Positions 1 to 8,988 of a DNA stretch of 45,150 nucleotides are shown here, piece after piece. The DNA is from a virus, in the IMG/VR virus record IMGVR_UViG_3300000976_000009, positions 1-45,150 of that record; one strand, written 5' to 3'. The position numbers were made by a program, and so were the translations under genes. Each line of letters starts with the position of its first letter. Position 1 is the stretch's first letter. Below the pieces are notes generated by a model, which worked only from the letters and a program-made list of their open reading frames with translations, was not told where the DNA came from and searched no databases.

Positions 1-48
1 TATAAAACAAAAAAGCCTTAACTATAGTTAAGGCTTTTTTGTTTTATA
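1..48. terminator. Perfect 48-bp palindrome; probable bidirectional intrinsic terminator
   Basis: TATAAAACAAAAAAGCCTTAACTA|TAGTTAAGGCTTTTTTGTTTTATA; A/T tracts flank the stem; overlaps the stop of 28..546. Confidence 0.7.
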
Positions 49-546
49 TAACTTTATTCTAACACCATTAAGGTATTCACTATTATTTAATGACATTCCC
101 CAAGATTCATTTATAACTGGTTTCTTATTGGGGGATATTAATAAGAAGTAATCACAAACACAAGACAATTGATATATGATTTGTGGTAACTTACTTTTAT
201 CAACTAAATGTAATGCATAACTACAAATAATAATGTTATATTGTTTTGTTAGTTTCCCATGCATGATATCATCAAACGATAAACGCATACAGGGCTTACC
301 TGTGTTCTTCATATAAGATTGGTAGGTATATGGGTCACAACCTTCATTACAATTCAGTATAGACGTTATTTCACCAGAGCCAGCACACAAATCTAAAGAA
401 TTAGACGTATCTAAATCCCATAATTCTTTAATTGAAGTTAAAGAAGAAATTAAACGCTCTAAATGTGGGTTAACATAATCATTACCGTGAATACGATAAT
501 ACTCATCAACACCCAACTTAGAATACTTATTTCTTATTGCTTCCAT
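28..546 (-). CDS. Class I SAM-dependent methyltransferase-like protein
   Basis: Motif I LDLCAGSGE; later IICSYALHL resembles class I MTase motif IV. Confidence 0.75.
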   Translation of the reverse strand: MEAIRNKYSKLGVDEYYRIHGNDYVNPHLERLISSLTSIKELWDLDTSNSLDLCAGSGEITSILNCNEGCDPYTYQSYMKNTGKPCMRLSFDDIMHGKLTKQYNIIICSYALHLVDKSKLPQIIYQLSCVCDYFLLISPNKKPVINESWGMSLNNSEYLNGVRIKLYKTKKP

Positions 547-946
547 CTAGGAGTTTTATAAGCATTATTTTTTCTTCTTTGGATTCTGATAATAAATTAC
601 AATATTCGGTAATTTTACTTTCGTCTACATTATGACCACTACCTAATTGAAACCCCCAAGTAATTCTAGCATAGGTTTCTTTAGCTAAAGCAACAGTATA
701 TAGTCCTATCCACTTCATTTTTATTTTATCATCAGTAATTTCTAATTGATTTAATAATATTTGTAAATCCAACATTTCGGCTGATTCAATATAAAGACTA
801 CTAAGTATTGAATCTGGTAAATCAACTGGTAAACCCATTTGGTTACCAGATTCGTTTAAAAATGAACCAAACTTATGTCTGATACGCTCAAACAATAGTC
901 TTTTATGTTCAGCATATTCAATTAAACCTGTTGAAATATCAGACAT
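527..946 (-). CDS. Short paralog of gp13-like neck protein
   Basis: C-terminal WIGLYTVALAKETYAR...YCNLLSESKEEK aligns by eye with LVRQLFVAEAKRALGR...YESLISEGNEER of the ORF at 44331. Confidence 0.55.
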   Translation of the reverse strand: MSDISTGLIEYAEHKRLLFERIRHKFGSFLNESGNQMGLPVDLPDSILSSLYIESAEMLDLQILLNQLEITDDKIKMKWIGLYTVALAKETYARITWGFQLGSGHNVDESKITEYCNLLSESKEEKIMLIKLLDGSNKK

Positions 947-1170
947 TATTTTACATTTGTAAAATAATGCTTAGTTACCTTATGATTTTTGTGGTTACTA
1001 AGGTAATGAGCCATGAATGCTAAACCTTCCGATTCACTAGCTACTTCTTGTGCAACAGTGTTTAGACATATTTTCTTTTTGATGTAGTCGTAACTACCAT
1101 CACTATTTTTAACTTTTCTTTCAGTTAAGATTGGTTTAACACCACTTAAATGCATTGTAATTCTTTTCAT
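946..1170 (-). CDS. Hypothetical protein
   Basis: 74-aa ORF, TAATG-coupled to the downstream gene. Confidence 0.65.
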   Translation of the reverse strand: MKRITMHLSGVKPILTERKVKNSDGSYDYIKKKICLNTVAQEVASESEGLAFMAHYLSNHKNHKVTKHYFTNVK

Positions 1171-1173
1171 ATC

Positions 1174-1422
1174 TTATGTGTTTAAAAATTTTTCAAATAA
1201 TTCTAAAGCTGTTATATCATTATTATATGGTTGTAAATGCTCCACCATCTTACGAATCCCACTCTCATTATATTGTTTCATAACATCAACAGACATACCA
1301 CCCTCAGTTGGTCCGTATTGAATCCACACAAAAGTATCATCCCCAAGATTAATAATCTTAACAGCTGTGTCATCTAAATAATGACTGAAAACTAATTCGT
1401 TTTTAAAACCTACGTTTGCCAT
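1174..1422 (-). CDS. Hypothetical protein
   Basis: 82-aa ORF directly after a promoter-like element, tightly packed with the next gene. Confidence 0.7.
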   Translation of the reverse strand: MANVGFKNELVFSHYLDDTAVKIINLGDDTFVWIQYGPTEGGMSVDVMKQYNESGIRKMVEHLQPYNNDITALELFEKFLNT

Positions 1423-1426
1423 GCGA

Positions 1427-1457
1427 CAAATTTACAGAAAAAAATGGGAACCTACAA
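1427..1457 (-). promoter_or_regulatory. Putative host-type promoter TTGTAG-N17-TAAATTTG
   Basis: TAAATTTG matches the Bacteroidota -7 consensus TAnnTTTG and ends 4 nt before ATG 1422; the upstream hexamer lies mostly in the terminator loop. Confidence 0.45.
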
Positions 1458-1471
1458 GAGATTCCCATTTT
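1438..1471 (-). terminator. Intrinsic terminator
   Basis: Minus strand AAAAUGGGAAUCU-CUUGU-AGGUUCCCAUUUU running into a U tract; downstream of 1496..2353. Confidence 0.8.
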
Positions 1472-1495
1472 AATATCGTGATTGAATGATTTTAA

Positions 1496-2353
1496 TTAAA
1501 CTCTAGTTCCACAGTTTGGACAGAATTTATTATTTGGTTTTTGTTTGCTACCACATTCAACGCAGTATTTAGCCACCTTAGTGTCTTTAACTGTATTAAT
1601 TTTTTGTGATACTGGTAACATTTTATATGTAACCGTATGGAATGAAAATGAATCAAAATTATAACTAACTGTTGTTAATTCTTGTTTTGATGTTGTACCC
1701 ATTTCAACTCTACCTGTTTCTATAGATTTTTTGGACTTCTTTTTTAGTCTTCTTGGTTTAGAACGTAACGAATTAGAGATGTTAGTTGTTTGGATATCTC
1801 CTAGGTCTAACGAATCTAGTGTTACTTCACCAGCTGACCCACATATACCACTTGTAGAACAATTAACTTCACCGCTCCAACCACCAGCACTAGAACCCCC
1901 ATAAATTGGTTGATTAGTAAGTGGCTGATTAAATTGTGGTTGGTTATAATATGTTCTGGTCCAAGTTGGGTGGAAGTCCATAATAGGTCTAACCACTTGT
2001 TCTTTAAAGAACTCTACTTTAAAATCACCATTATCTTTAATGGCTTCTTTTACCTCAGAAGTATTAGCTACTTCATAAGTGTCGAATTTGAATTTCTTAG
2101 CAACATCAATATAACGGTCAAGAAATACACGTTGACCTGGTTTTAATACTAGACCACCTTGTGAGATTGCTTTATTGTTTAATGATATCTTAGCTAAGAT
2201 AATATTACTTGTTGGGTTAAATAGTTCGATTTGGAACTCTTGACCTTTCTGTAAATAGTAGGTCGGAATATCGCTTTTTTTATCGTATACCTTCATTCTG
2301 CTTTTATTTATAGCGATATTAGCAGATGGCATTTCTTGCTTTACTTGTTTCAT
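1496..2353 (-). CDS. Hypothetical protein with C-terminal zinc ribbon
   Basis: C-terminal YCVECG...FCPNCG (two CxxC); beta-rich N-terminal domain; low-complexity linker. Confidence 0.8.
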   Translation of the reverse strand: MKQVKQEMPSANIAINKSRMKVYDKKSDIPTYYLQKGQEFQIELFNPTSNIILAKISLNNKAISQGGLVLKPGQRVFLDRYIDVAKKFKFDTYEVANTSEVKEAIKDNGDFKVEFFKEQVVRPIMDFHPTWTRTYYNQPQFNQPLTNQPIYGGSSAGGWSGEVNCSTSGICGSAGEVTLDSLDLGDIQTTNISNSLRSKPRRLKKKSKKSIETGRVEMGTTSKQELTTVSYNFDSFSFHTVTYKMLPVSQKINTVKDTKVAKYCVECGSKQKPNNKFCPNCGTRV

Positions 2354-2382
2354 AATTTAATTTTTAATAAGCATGTTATTAT

Positions 2383-2443
2383 GTACCAATCTTTTTGCTT
2401 CCTAAAAAACTCTAAAGCCGAATAAACGACTCAAGACCAATAC
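2383..2443 (-). ncRNA. Putative structured 5' leader RNA (three-way junction)
   Basis: GUAUUGGUCUU/AAGAUUGGUAC 11-bp stem with 4 G-U pairs encloses hairpins GAGUCG-UUUAUU-CGGCUU and GUUUU-UUAG-GAAGC; the G-U pairs form only on the minus strand. Confidence 0.45.
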
Positions 2444-2465
2444 GTGTATCAATCACGATGGTGTT

Positions 2466-2493
2466 AGTATAATAAAAAAAACCACTATGTAAA
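2466..2493 (-). promoter_or_regulatory. Sigma70/T4-early-like promoter TTTACA-N16-TATACT
   Basis: Same hexamer and 16-nt spacer at four intergenic sites. Confidence 0.7.
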
Positions 2494-2503
2494 GTGGTTT
2501 TTT
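2474..2503. terminator. Intrinsic terminator
   Basis: AAAAAACCACT-ATGTAA-AGTGGTTTTTT downstream of 2532..3938. Confidence 0.8.
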
Positions 2504-2531
2504 AATATTTCTTCAAAATAATCAATTTATA

Positions 2532-3938
2532 TTATTGACTATCCCTTAATTCAACTTGATTAACTATCTCAAATTTAAGTACGTTTGGTACTGTTCTAAC
2601 CTCATAGTTAGATGTTACTTTAATGTCTAAGTAGTAAGTATTTGGTATCAAACTAGCAGTATCTAATAAGAAATAATTTCCGTTAAAGGCTCTATTCACA
2701 TCTTGAAAATCAATTACATTGTAATCTGCGTTACCTTCTTTCACATATAACCTATATTGTAGATTATCGATAACTTGTGTTTGATTAACAGTGTATGGTA
2801 TTCTAGCAGAAATATTTACTCTCCTAATATCACCACGCTTAATTCTTTCATCACTATTAATACCAGTTACAGTAAATCCATATTTCTTTGGTGCCTCACT
2901 ACTATCACCAATATTATAATATTCAGAAGCATCTTTTGCGATAAATTCTAATTCAACATCTGGTAATGAAACCCCATTAACGTTGATATCACCCCAAGTG
3001 TCCTCAAATGTTACACAATCGGTATAACCAGAAGAAGGTATTAATACCTCAGCACAGTATACCCCACAACTAACTTGTGTAACAGTAAAGCCTGTTAATA
3101 CATCACCCATTTGGTCAGTAATATTAAGGGTTGGTAGATTATCTAAAGTTGTTGGTACACCACCCACATTAGAATATAAATATATTTTGTTTATTTTATC
3201 CAAATAAAAATTACCTCTATCGTCTTTAATTGGGTTGTCATATATTGTCTCTAGGAATGGTTCATAGAATGTTTGGGTGTGTCTAGTGAAGAAACCAACG
3301 TATTGTAGGTCAAGTGTTGGTGTGGCCTCTAATAATGATGTGTACGCTAATCCTAAACCATAATTTGTATCACCAGTTAAAACCCCATTAACATAGTCAG
3401 TTACATCAATTTCAATATTTTCATTACCTTGTTCAAAGTGTTGTGTTCCTACAGTATTACCACTAGTTGCGGCACTATAAGTACCATTACCATCAAGCCA
3501 AGGTGTTTGTGTTTCAGCTTCCATCCAGTTAGATGGGCATGAACTATTTACGGAACCACACCCAGTACTAAGGTATCCACAAGAACCGTAATCATAACCA
3601 TTACCTTCGTCCCATTCTTGATTGATTTTAAATACGTTTAAATCAAATGAACAAGACCTTGATTTACCACCACATGTGTTTTTACTTAAAAGGTCAGTAT
3701 CGAACGCACCAGTATTGGTCATTCTAAGTATGTGTTTTACTTTGGATAAATCACCAAATCCACCACAGGCATGGATTTCTTTTAATCTAGCTTCATCAAA
3801 ATGAAACAAAAATCTACTATATATTTCTTCACCTACTGAACCACCATAAAATAGTTCGGCAACTGGGTTTCTACCTGTATTAGTTAAATCATTATAAATG
3901 ATTGTGTTATTTCTATCGAAAAATGTACGTATTACCAT
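2532..3938 (-). CDS. Putative virion structural protein (beta-rich, DNRLRE-like)
   Basis: Late motif upstream; SRFLFHFD, WDEGNG and IDVTDYV segments resemble DNRLRE-type domains; next to the baseplate spike gene. Confidence 0.55.
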   Translation of the reverse strand: MVIRTFFDRNNTIIYNDLTNTGRNPVAELFYGGSVGEEIYSRFLFHFDEARLKEIHACGGFGDLSKVKHILRMTNTGAFDTDLLSKNTCGGKSRSCSFDLNVFKINQEWDEGNGYDYGSCGYLSTGCGSVNSSCPSNWMEAETQTPWLDGNGTYSAATSGNTVGTQHFEQGNENIEIDVTDYVNGVLTGDTNYGLGLAYTSLLEATPTLDLQYVGFFTRHTQTFYEPFLETIYDNPIKDDRGNFYLDKINKIYLYSNVGGVPTTLDNLPTLNITDQMGDVLTGFTVTQVSCGVYCAEVLIPSSGYTDCVTFEDTWGDINVNGVSLPDVELEFIAKDASEYYNIGDSSEAPKKYGFTVTGINSDERIKRGDIRRVNISARIPYTVNQTQVIDNLQYRLYVKEGNADYNVIDFQDVNRAFNGNYFLLDTASLIPNTYYLDIKVTSNYEVRTVPNVLKFEIVNQVELRDSQ

Positions 3939-3950
3939 GATATTCTTTTA

Positions 3951-3960
3951 TAATAAATAT
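3951..3960 (-). promoter_or_regulatory. Putative late promoter ATATTTATTA
   Basis: 12 nt upstream of ATG 3938; recurring motif. Confidence 0.65.
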
Positions 3961-3969
3961 CATGAAAAC

Positions 3970-4899
3970 TTAATTTGTACGGACGTTCTTAGATAACATT
4001 GAATCTAAGTCATAGTCTAGGTAAGTGTCAATATCATCTGACCCAGAAAGGTCTTCTGGTTTTTTACCATGATACCTATGTACGTGATTACTAAAGGCAG
4101 CTCTTTGTAGTTTAAGGTATTCAACTAATTTATCACCAAATACCAATTGATGTGCATCTTCAAGTATTTTTAATAACTCATCTTCTGGAATCAAACTATC
4201 TTGATTATCTAATGTGAATCGTGGTGTACCATCTTTATGTGTTAATAAATTAATTTTAGATGCAACAATATTTGTCACACTACCCAGTACATCATCTTTA
4301 CCGTCTTCCTTTTTAATAATAGCATCGTGTTTTAATTGGATATATGCTGGATTAATTTTATTAAACTTAGGTATTTCACCATTCTCAATAGTAACAAATT
4401 TACCAGCTCTAATTCTAACTTCATTATCTCTAAAGATAATATCGGTATTTTGTCTACCTTGTAAAGCAACTTCTTTTTTATTTGGATAAACCCCCTTGTT
4501 TTCTGGGATACTTGATGCAGCTGGAGCTGGGTCCTTATGACCACTATCCAATAAAGACCTAGATGAATACAATTCTGGGTCATAAAATAATCTTTGGTGT
4601 TGTGATATAATTGGTCCAACATAAACCCTATCAACATTAGGGTTTTTTGGGTCTGGGGTAAATATCATTACTGTTTCACCTATTCTTGGCACTGAATGGA
4701 AAAACTTTTGAATCATAGGGAATGCAAAAGGTATTTCGGTTGATGATTTAGAATCATCAACACCTTTAATCCTAGCTTTAATCCTACTACCATCAAATGG
4801 GTCGTTTGTAGATTCTACAGTTGCAAAGTAAAAAACCTTTAAGTTTTCACTATCCCTATCGTATATACTATTTCCTTTATAATTATATTTATTACTCAT
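3970..4899 (-). CDS. Baseplate central spike protein (gp5/gpV/VgrG-like OB fold)
   Basis: ATVESTNDPFDGSRIKARI...VPRIGETVMIF matches the gp5 N-terminal OB-fold pattern; C-terminal HVH metal-binding spike motif; start moved to ATG 4899 (8-nt overlap with the upstream gene). Confidence 0.75.
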   Translation of the reverse strand: MSNKYNYKGNSIYDRDSENLKVFYFATVESTNDPFDGSRIKARIKGVDDSKSSTEIPFAFPMIQKFFHSVPRIGETVMIFTPDPKNPNVDRVYVGPIISQHQRLFYDPELYSSRSLLDSGHKDPAPAASSIPENKGVYPNKKEVALQGRQNTDIIFRDNEVRIRAGKFVTIENGEIPKFNKINPAYIQLKHDAIIKKEDGKDDVLGSVTNIVASKINLLTHKDGTPRFTLDNQDSLIPEDELLKILEDAHQLVFGDKLVEYLKLQRAAFSNHVHRYHGKKPEDLSGSDDIDTYLDYDLDSMLSKNVRTN

Positions 4900-5077
4900 T
4901 TGTTTGCCCTTTAATTCTACTAGCCAATATAAGGTTAGCATCGTTAAACTGTTTTTCCACAGCCTCTAATTTATCCATTTCTTTTAGGATTCTAATTTTA
5001 ATTGCTTCATGTTCAGCTTGTAATGATACAATCTCTGTCATGATTTGGTTATTACCCATATTTTTATAATCACTCAT
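4892..5077 (-). CDS. Small coiled-coil hypothetical protein
   Basis: 61 aa, heptad-like, packed within the operon. Confidence 0.7.
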   Translation of the reverse strand: MSDYKNMGNNQIMTEIVSLQAEHEAIKIRILKEMDKLEAVEKQFNDANLILASRIKGQTNE

Positions 5078-5078
5078 A

Positions 5079-5546
5079 TTACCTTACAATTCCATCTCCA
5101 CTCACAATATTAGTGTTCATACCTGTAGATGTGACAGGTGCACCAAAATTACCAATACCAAGTGATGTTGTTTGTATTGAACCTGGTGCTACAGTCATTT
5201 CAACCTTAGCTTCTGTAAGGATTGCATTAGTTATCTCTTGTACTCTAATAGTCTCTAATGCTTCTGAAATGTTATTCCCCTCAGAAAAGATATCACCCGC
5301 TGGAGCTCCCGCTTCTGATTGTCTAGAAATAATTCTAGATGCTATATTACGTGCCGATAAACCAGGTCTTAATTTTGCACCAATCATTAATAATGGTGGT
5401 GGAATTGGGGTTACTGGTGTACTCTGTAATTTAAAAGCGGCACCTAATATTTTCAATACATTTGTAATTGAACTTAAATTAAGTTTACCACTACTTTGTC
5501 CTTTTTTGGTGCCTCTACATCCAACACCACCGTCTTCACATGCCAT
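5079..5546 (-). CDS. Hypothetical protein, probably baseplate-associated
   Basis: In the late operon with the spike gene; PIPPPLL and Gly-rich beta C-terminus. Confidence 0.6.
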   Translation of the reverse strand: MACEDGGVGCRGTKKGQSSGKLNLSSITNVLKILGAAFKLQSTPVTPIPPPLLMIGAKLRPGLSARNIASRIISRQSEAGAPAGDIFSEGNNISEALETIRVQEITNAILTEAKVEMTVAPGSIQTTSLGIGNFGAPVTSTGMNTNIVSGDGIVR

Positions 5547-5558
5547 AATTTAATGTTT

Positions 5559-7001
5559 TTATCCTAATCCTTGAATCATACGTAAAACATCCTGTGGTAC
5601 ACCAACCAAACTAGCTAATTGTGCTGCTTGTGATTTAGCGTATTCAATAACAACTTGTTGTGCCGCACATTTTACGATATTCTTTATGTTCTTTATTGCT
5701 TCTTCTAAAAGAATTTTAATGATTGTTTCTCTAATCGCAGTGATTATTGCATTCATTAAAATTTTATTCAACCTCATCCAGTCGATTGGGTTGTCTAAAT
5801 CTGTACCATATACAATAGCGTGGTTAACTGCGAATATTGATATAATCTTAGGTGATAGAATCACATTACCCATTTTAATCATTAGCTTTCTAATTGCACC
5901 ATCTATGAAATTTAATTTAGCTGTTATCTTATCTTTTTCACCCACCTGTTCAGCGGCATTATCCGCAATTTGGTTAATACCAGAAGATATGATTTCAGCA
6001 GTCTCACCAACAGTTGTTGCTGACATAATACCCATTGTTATACCAGTTAGTGTACTAGTTGGCACTGCGCTAGCTACGTTACCACAATTCTCTAAAACTT
6101 TAATACCTTTTTCCCTACTATTTGCTTCTTCTTCTTGAATTCTAACTGATTCATTTGAAAACTCAAAAAATGAATCATCTACAATGGTTGTGTCATCTGT
6201 ATTTAAGAAACATTCAATAATATGTTCTACCTCAATTTCTTTTTTAATTTGTTCTTTAGTCTTTTGTAATTCAAAACTTACTGAACCGAATATACTATCG
6301 ACTAATGCATTAATCATTAACCCAGAACCAAATAAACTAACACTATCAATGAAATCATTGTTTAAATCAGTTAATTTCTTATTATTTGTTGGGTTACTGT
6401 AAAATTCACTAGCTTTAATATTAACAATATTATTTGGTGGACCTACTGAATTAAATTCAATTGATAAAACATCATTACCAATAGTCGATGACCCCCAATC
6501 GGTTTGTGTACCGTCTAATTGGATGGTTTCAAATAAGTATGTGTGGAAATCTGTACTAGCTAAACCACCACTAGTGTCTTCATATGTTAATAAACCAGCG
6601 TTTGTGTTTGGGTCTACTAACATAACGCCCATATAATCTACCTTTCTTAAATCTAAATTAATACCCGTTGATAGTGGGTTTACATTTTGATGTAAGAAAA
6701 AATCTGGAATAGATGGATTTACACCACAACTAACTAAGCTCTTAAGTTCTTTCTTAAGGGCTTTTTTAATTTCAATTTCAATTTTACCTAAATCGTATGT
6801 TAATGTATTTGTTAGTATAGAACTCAGTTTTTCAAAACCAATGGTGACTTTAAGTAAATCAATTAAAAAATCTAATGGATTTGTTGAATTATCAATAGAA
6901 CACATGGAGTTATTTAACTGAAACTTTGGGAACCCCTCACAAGAGGTTCTTAAAGCCGCAATTTGTCCAAAAACTTCGTTCTTATCATCTATTAGTGACA
7001 T
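5559..7001 (-). CDS. Hypothetical protein, probably structural
   Basis: 480-aa ORF in the late-motif operon; no recognisable catalytic motif. Confidence 0.65.
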   Translation of the reverse strand: MSLIDDKNEVFGQIAALRTSCEGFPKFQLNNSMCSIDNSTNPLDFLIDLLKVTIGFEKLSSILTNTLTYDLGKIEIEIKKALKKELKSLVSCGVNPSIPDFFLHQNVNPLSTGINLDLRKVDYMGVMLVDPNTNAGLLTYEDTSGGLASTDFHTYLFETIQLDGTQTDWGSSTIGNDVLSIEFNSVGPPNNIVNIKASEFYSNPTNNKKLTDLNNDFIDSVSLFGSGLMINALVDSIFGSVSFELQKTKEQIKKEIEVEHIIECFLNTDDTTIVDDSFFEFSNESVRIQEEEANSREKGIKVLENCGNVASAVPTSTLTGITMGIMSATTVGETAEIISSGINQIADNAAEQVGEKDKITAKLNFIDGAIRKLMIKMGNVILSPKIISIFAVNHAIVYGTDLDNPIDWMRLNKILMNAIITAIRETIIKILLEEAIKNIKNIVKCAAQQVVIEYAKSQAAQLASLVGVPQDVLRMIQGLG

Positions 7002-7013
7002 GTGGTAAATGTA

Positions 7014-7403
7014 TTAGTACTCAACTTCGTTATCATCATTACCAGCATTCTTAATCATGTTTCTCAATTCCTTGAAATCATCTAATGATGGTGCACCACT
7101 AGAGGTTCTAGATTGATTTACATCCTCTAAATTACCATTATGTTTAATAATATCAGCTTGTAATTTAGCTACCTCTAATTTAATCTTAACCCCAGAGTCT
7201 TTAATCTTCTGAGCATTAGATTTTTCCCTAGCAATTTTAGTTGCATCGTCAACATCCTCAGCGGTAGTTGAATTGGTTAATTCATTAATAGTTCTTTGAG
7301 CATCATTAATTTGTGAGCAAGCATCATTATAGACCTCTTGCATTAAACCCTCAAGACTCGTTGAGTTATTAACCTTTATTTGTTGTTTTTTCTTTCTAGG
7401 CAT
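7014..7403 (-). CDS. Helical hypothetical protein (possibly small-terminase-like)
   Basis: 129 aa, two long predicted helices, late motif upstream; function is speculative. Confidence 0.55.
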   Translation of the reverse strand: MPRKKKQQIKVNNSTSLEGLMQEVYNDACSQINDAQRTINELTNSTTAEDVDDATKIAREKSNAQKIKDSGVKIKLEVAKLQADIIKHNGNLEDVNQSRTSSGAPSLDDFKELRNMIKNAGNDDNEVEY

Positions 7404-7417
7404 AGCTTTTCGTTTAA

Positions 7418-7427
7418 TAATAAATAT
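7418..7427 (-). promoter_or_regulatory. Putative late promoter ATATTTATTA
   Basis: 14 nt upstream of ATG 7403. Confidence 0.65.
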
Positions 7428-7443
7428 TTAATAGTTTAGTTTT

Positions 7444-8184
7444 CTACAAATAACCTTCATCTATCTTATCTTCCTTGATAAGTGCATAAAGTTTCTTAAA
7501 CCTACGCATAGCGACACGTATATCCTTAGTGGTAAGGTTTGTGTAATCTCTAATAGTAGCCAATACCGTATTTTTGTTGTATTTAGAACCACCTTCCATA
7601 TTTTCAAATATAAATTCCCAATTATCTAAAATATCAATTAGTGCTTCACCAACTCTACGTTCATTTTCTGTTATCTTCTTCTTAGAATCATCTTGCTCTT
7701 TGAGTTCTTCGTTAATCTCATCTGACAATGTTTTAATGAAGTCAGCAAGTGCATAATCAGTATCACTCAAATGGTATGTCAAATCATCTCTATCTTGGAT
7801 ACTACTAAAAGTATCCTCAAATGATGCGTTTTGTTTCATTCCCTTATCATCTTTGATTAATAACATCAAAATATAGTTCTTACAAATGGTTCCAAAATAA
7901 GAATAAGCCTTTTTACCCTTGGTATGGTCAAATTTTTCTGCTTTAGTGATTAAAAATGATAAAGTATCACTATGAAGGTCTTCAAATGAATAAGTTTTTC
8001 TATATAACTTATATCTTCTAATGATACTCTCAATCATCTTATCAAATGGTGCTCTCAACCATTGGTTATAAATCCTATTTCTTTCAATAGGGTCTTCACA
8101 TGTTAAAAATTCTACAACGGCTTTCTCTTCATCTGGACCAAAGTACAAATCATTTTTCCTTTTACGTCCTCTTTTCTCAGCCAT
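7444..8184 (-). CDS. Phage RNA polymerase sigma factor, T4 gp55-like (late transcription)
   Basis: FEDLHSDTLSFLITKAEKFDHTKGKKAYSYFGTICKNYI matches the sigma region 2 pattern of gp55-type proteins. Confidence 0.7.
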   Translation of the reverse strand: MAEKRGRKRKNDLYFGPDEEKAVVEFLTCEDPIERNRIYNQWLRAPFDKMIESIIRRYKLYRKTYSFEDLHSDTLSFLITKAEKFDHTKGKKAYSYFGTICKNYILMLLIKDDKGMKQNASFEDTFSSIQDRDDLTYHLSDTDYALADFIKTLSDEINEELKEQDDSKKKITENERRVGEALIDILDNWEFIFENMEGGSKYNKNTVLATIRDYTNLTTKDIRVAMRRFKKLYALIKEDKIDEGYL

Positions 8185-8988
8185 TTATTCTCCTTTATCG
8201 TATGTTATCTTTCTATCATCATGGTGGTAACTCTCCTTTTTAGCAGTTGCCATCCACCATCTTGCTTCATCAGCTGATAATTCACTTCTATATGTGTGGA
8301 ATAACCCACCAACTCTTTGATTGACGTGTTTATAACCAAATCTTGGGATAATCATTACTCTACTTGAGAAGTGTGTAATTCTTAAAAGAAATTCATAAAT
8401 AAATGTAAGTTTCATTGATGGTTTCATACCACCCATATCTTCATAAGTTTCTTTCTTCATGACCATACCATCAAAATTAAAATTTTGATAAGCCAATAAT
8501 GCTGTATTATCAAGGATACCCATCTCATCAGAGAATTCAGCAGCCCAAACAGCTTCATTAGTTAACCCTAAGAATGCACCCTTCTCATCAACATCTACGA
8601 TGATTGGTAGAAACATATCAACATCAGTATAGATGTTTTTATATTGGTCAGCATTTTTAATCCAAATCTTTGAAAATTCGTCATCATATTCTAGTAAACT
8701 AAACCAAGTTGTTTTAACTTCTGAGACACCTAAATTTAATTGAGAGGCAAAATCGGTTTCACCTTTATTCTCAACAACCGTTACGATATCTTTTAAGTCA
8801 CCAAAATCAAAATTATCGACCACCTTCTTAATTGAAGATGCAGCGACAATCATTAATGATTCTGGTCTAGTAAATTGGTCAGCTACACTTTGTACAGCGT
8901 TAGCAAATAATTTTTCTGTAGCCTCTGTCAAATCGTGGACAGGGATAATTACTGTAATGTCTGTTTTATTTGTTTTATTCTTAGTCAT
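8185..8988 (-). CDS. Glycosyltransferase family 2 (GT-A)
   Basis: ITVIIPVH; NLGV...WFSLLEYDD (DxD-like). Confidence 0.75.
   Translation of the reverse strand: MTKNKTNKTDITVIIPVHDLTEATEKLFANAVQSVADQFTRPESLMIVAASSIKKVVDNFDFGDLKDIVTVVENKGETDFASQLNLGVSEVKTTWFSLLEYDDEFSKIWIKNADQYKNIYTDVDMFLPIIVDVDEKGAFLGLTNEAVWAAEFSDEMGILDNTALLAYQNFNFDGMVMKKETYEDMGGMKPSMKLTFIYEFLLRITHFSSRVMIIPRFGYKHVNQRVGGLFHTYRSELSADEARWWMATAKKESYHHDDRKITYDKGE

Larger units (their letters stand above)
1475..2459. repeat. 11-bp inverted repeat pair ATCGTGATTGA (1475-1485) / TCAATCACGAT (2449-2459) bracketing one gene
   Basis: Exact reverse complements, both intergenic. Confidence 0.75.

Noticed and set aside
1475-2459. Retron or insertion-sequence reading of the inverted repeats
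   Set aside because: The enclosed ORF has no RT or transposase motifs and no target duplication is evident; kept only as an RNA-pairing finding
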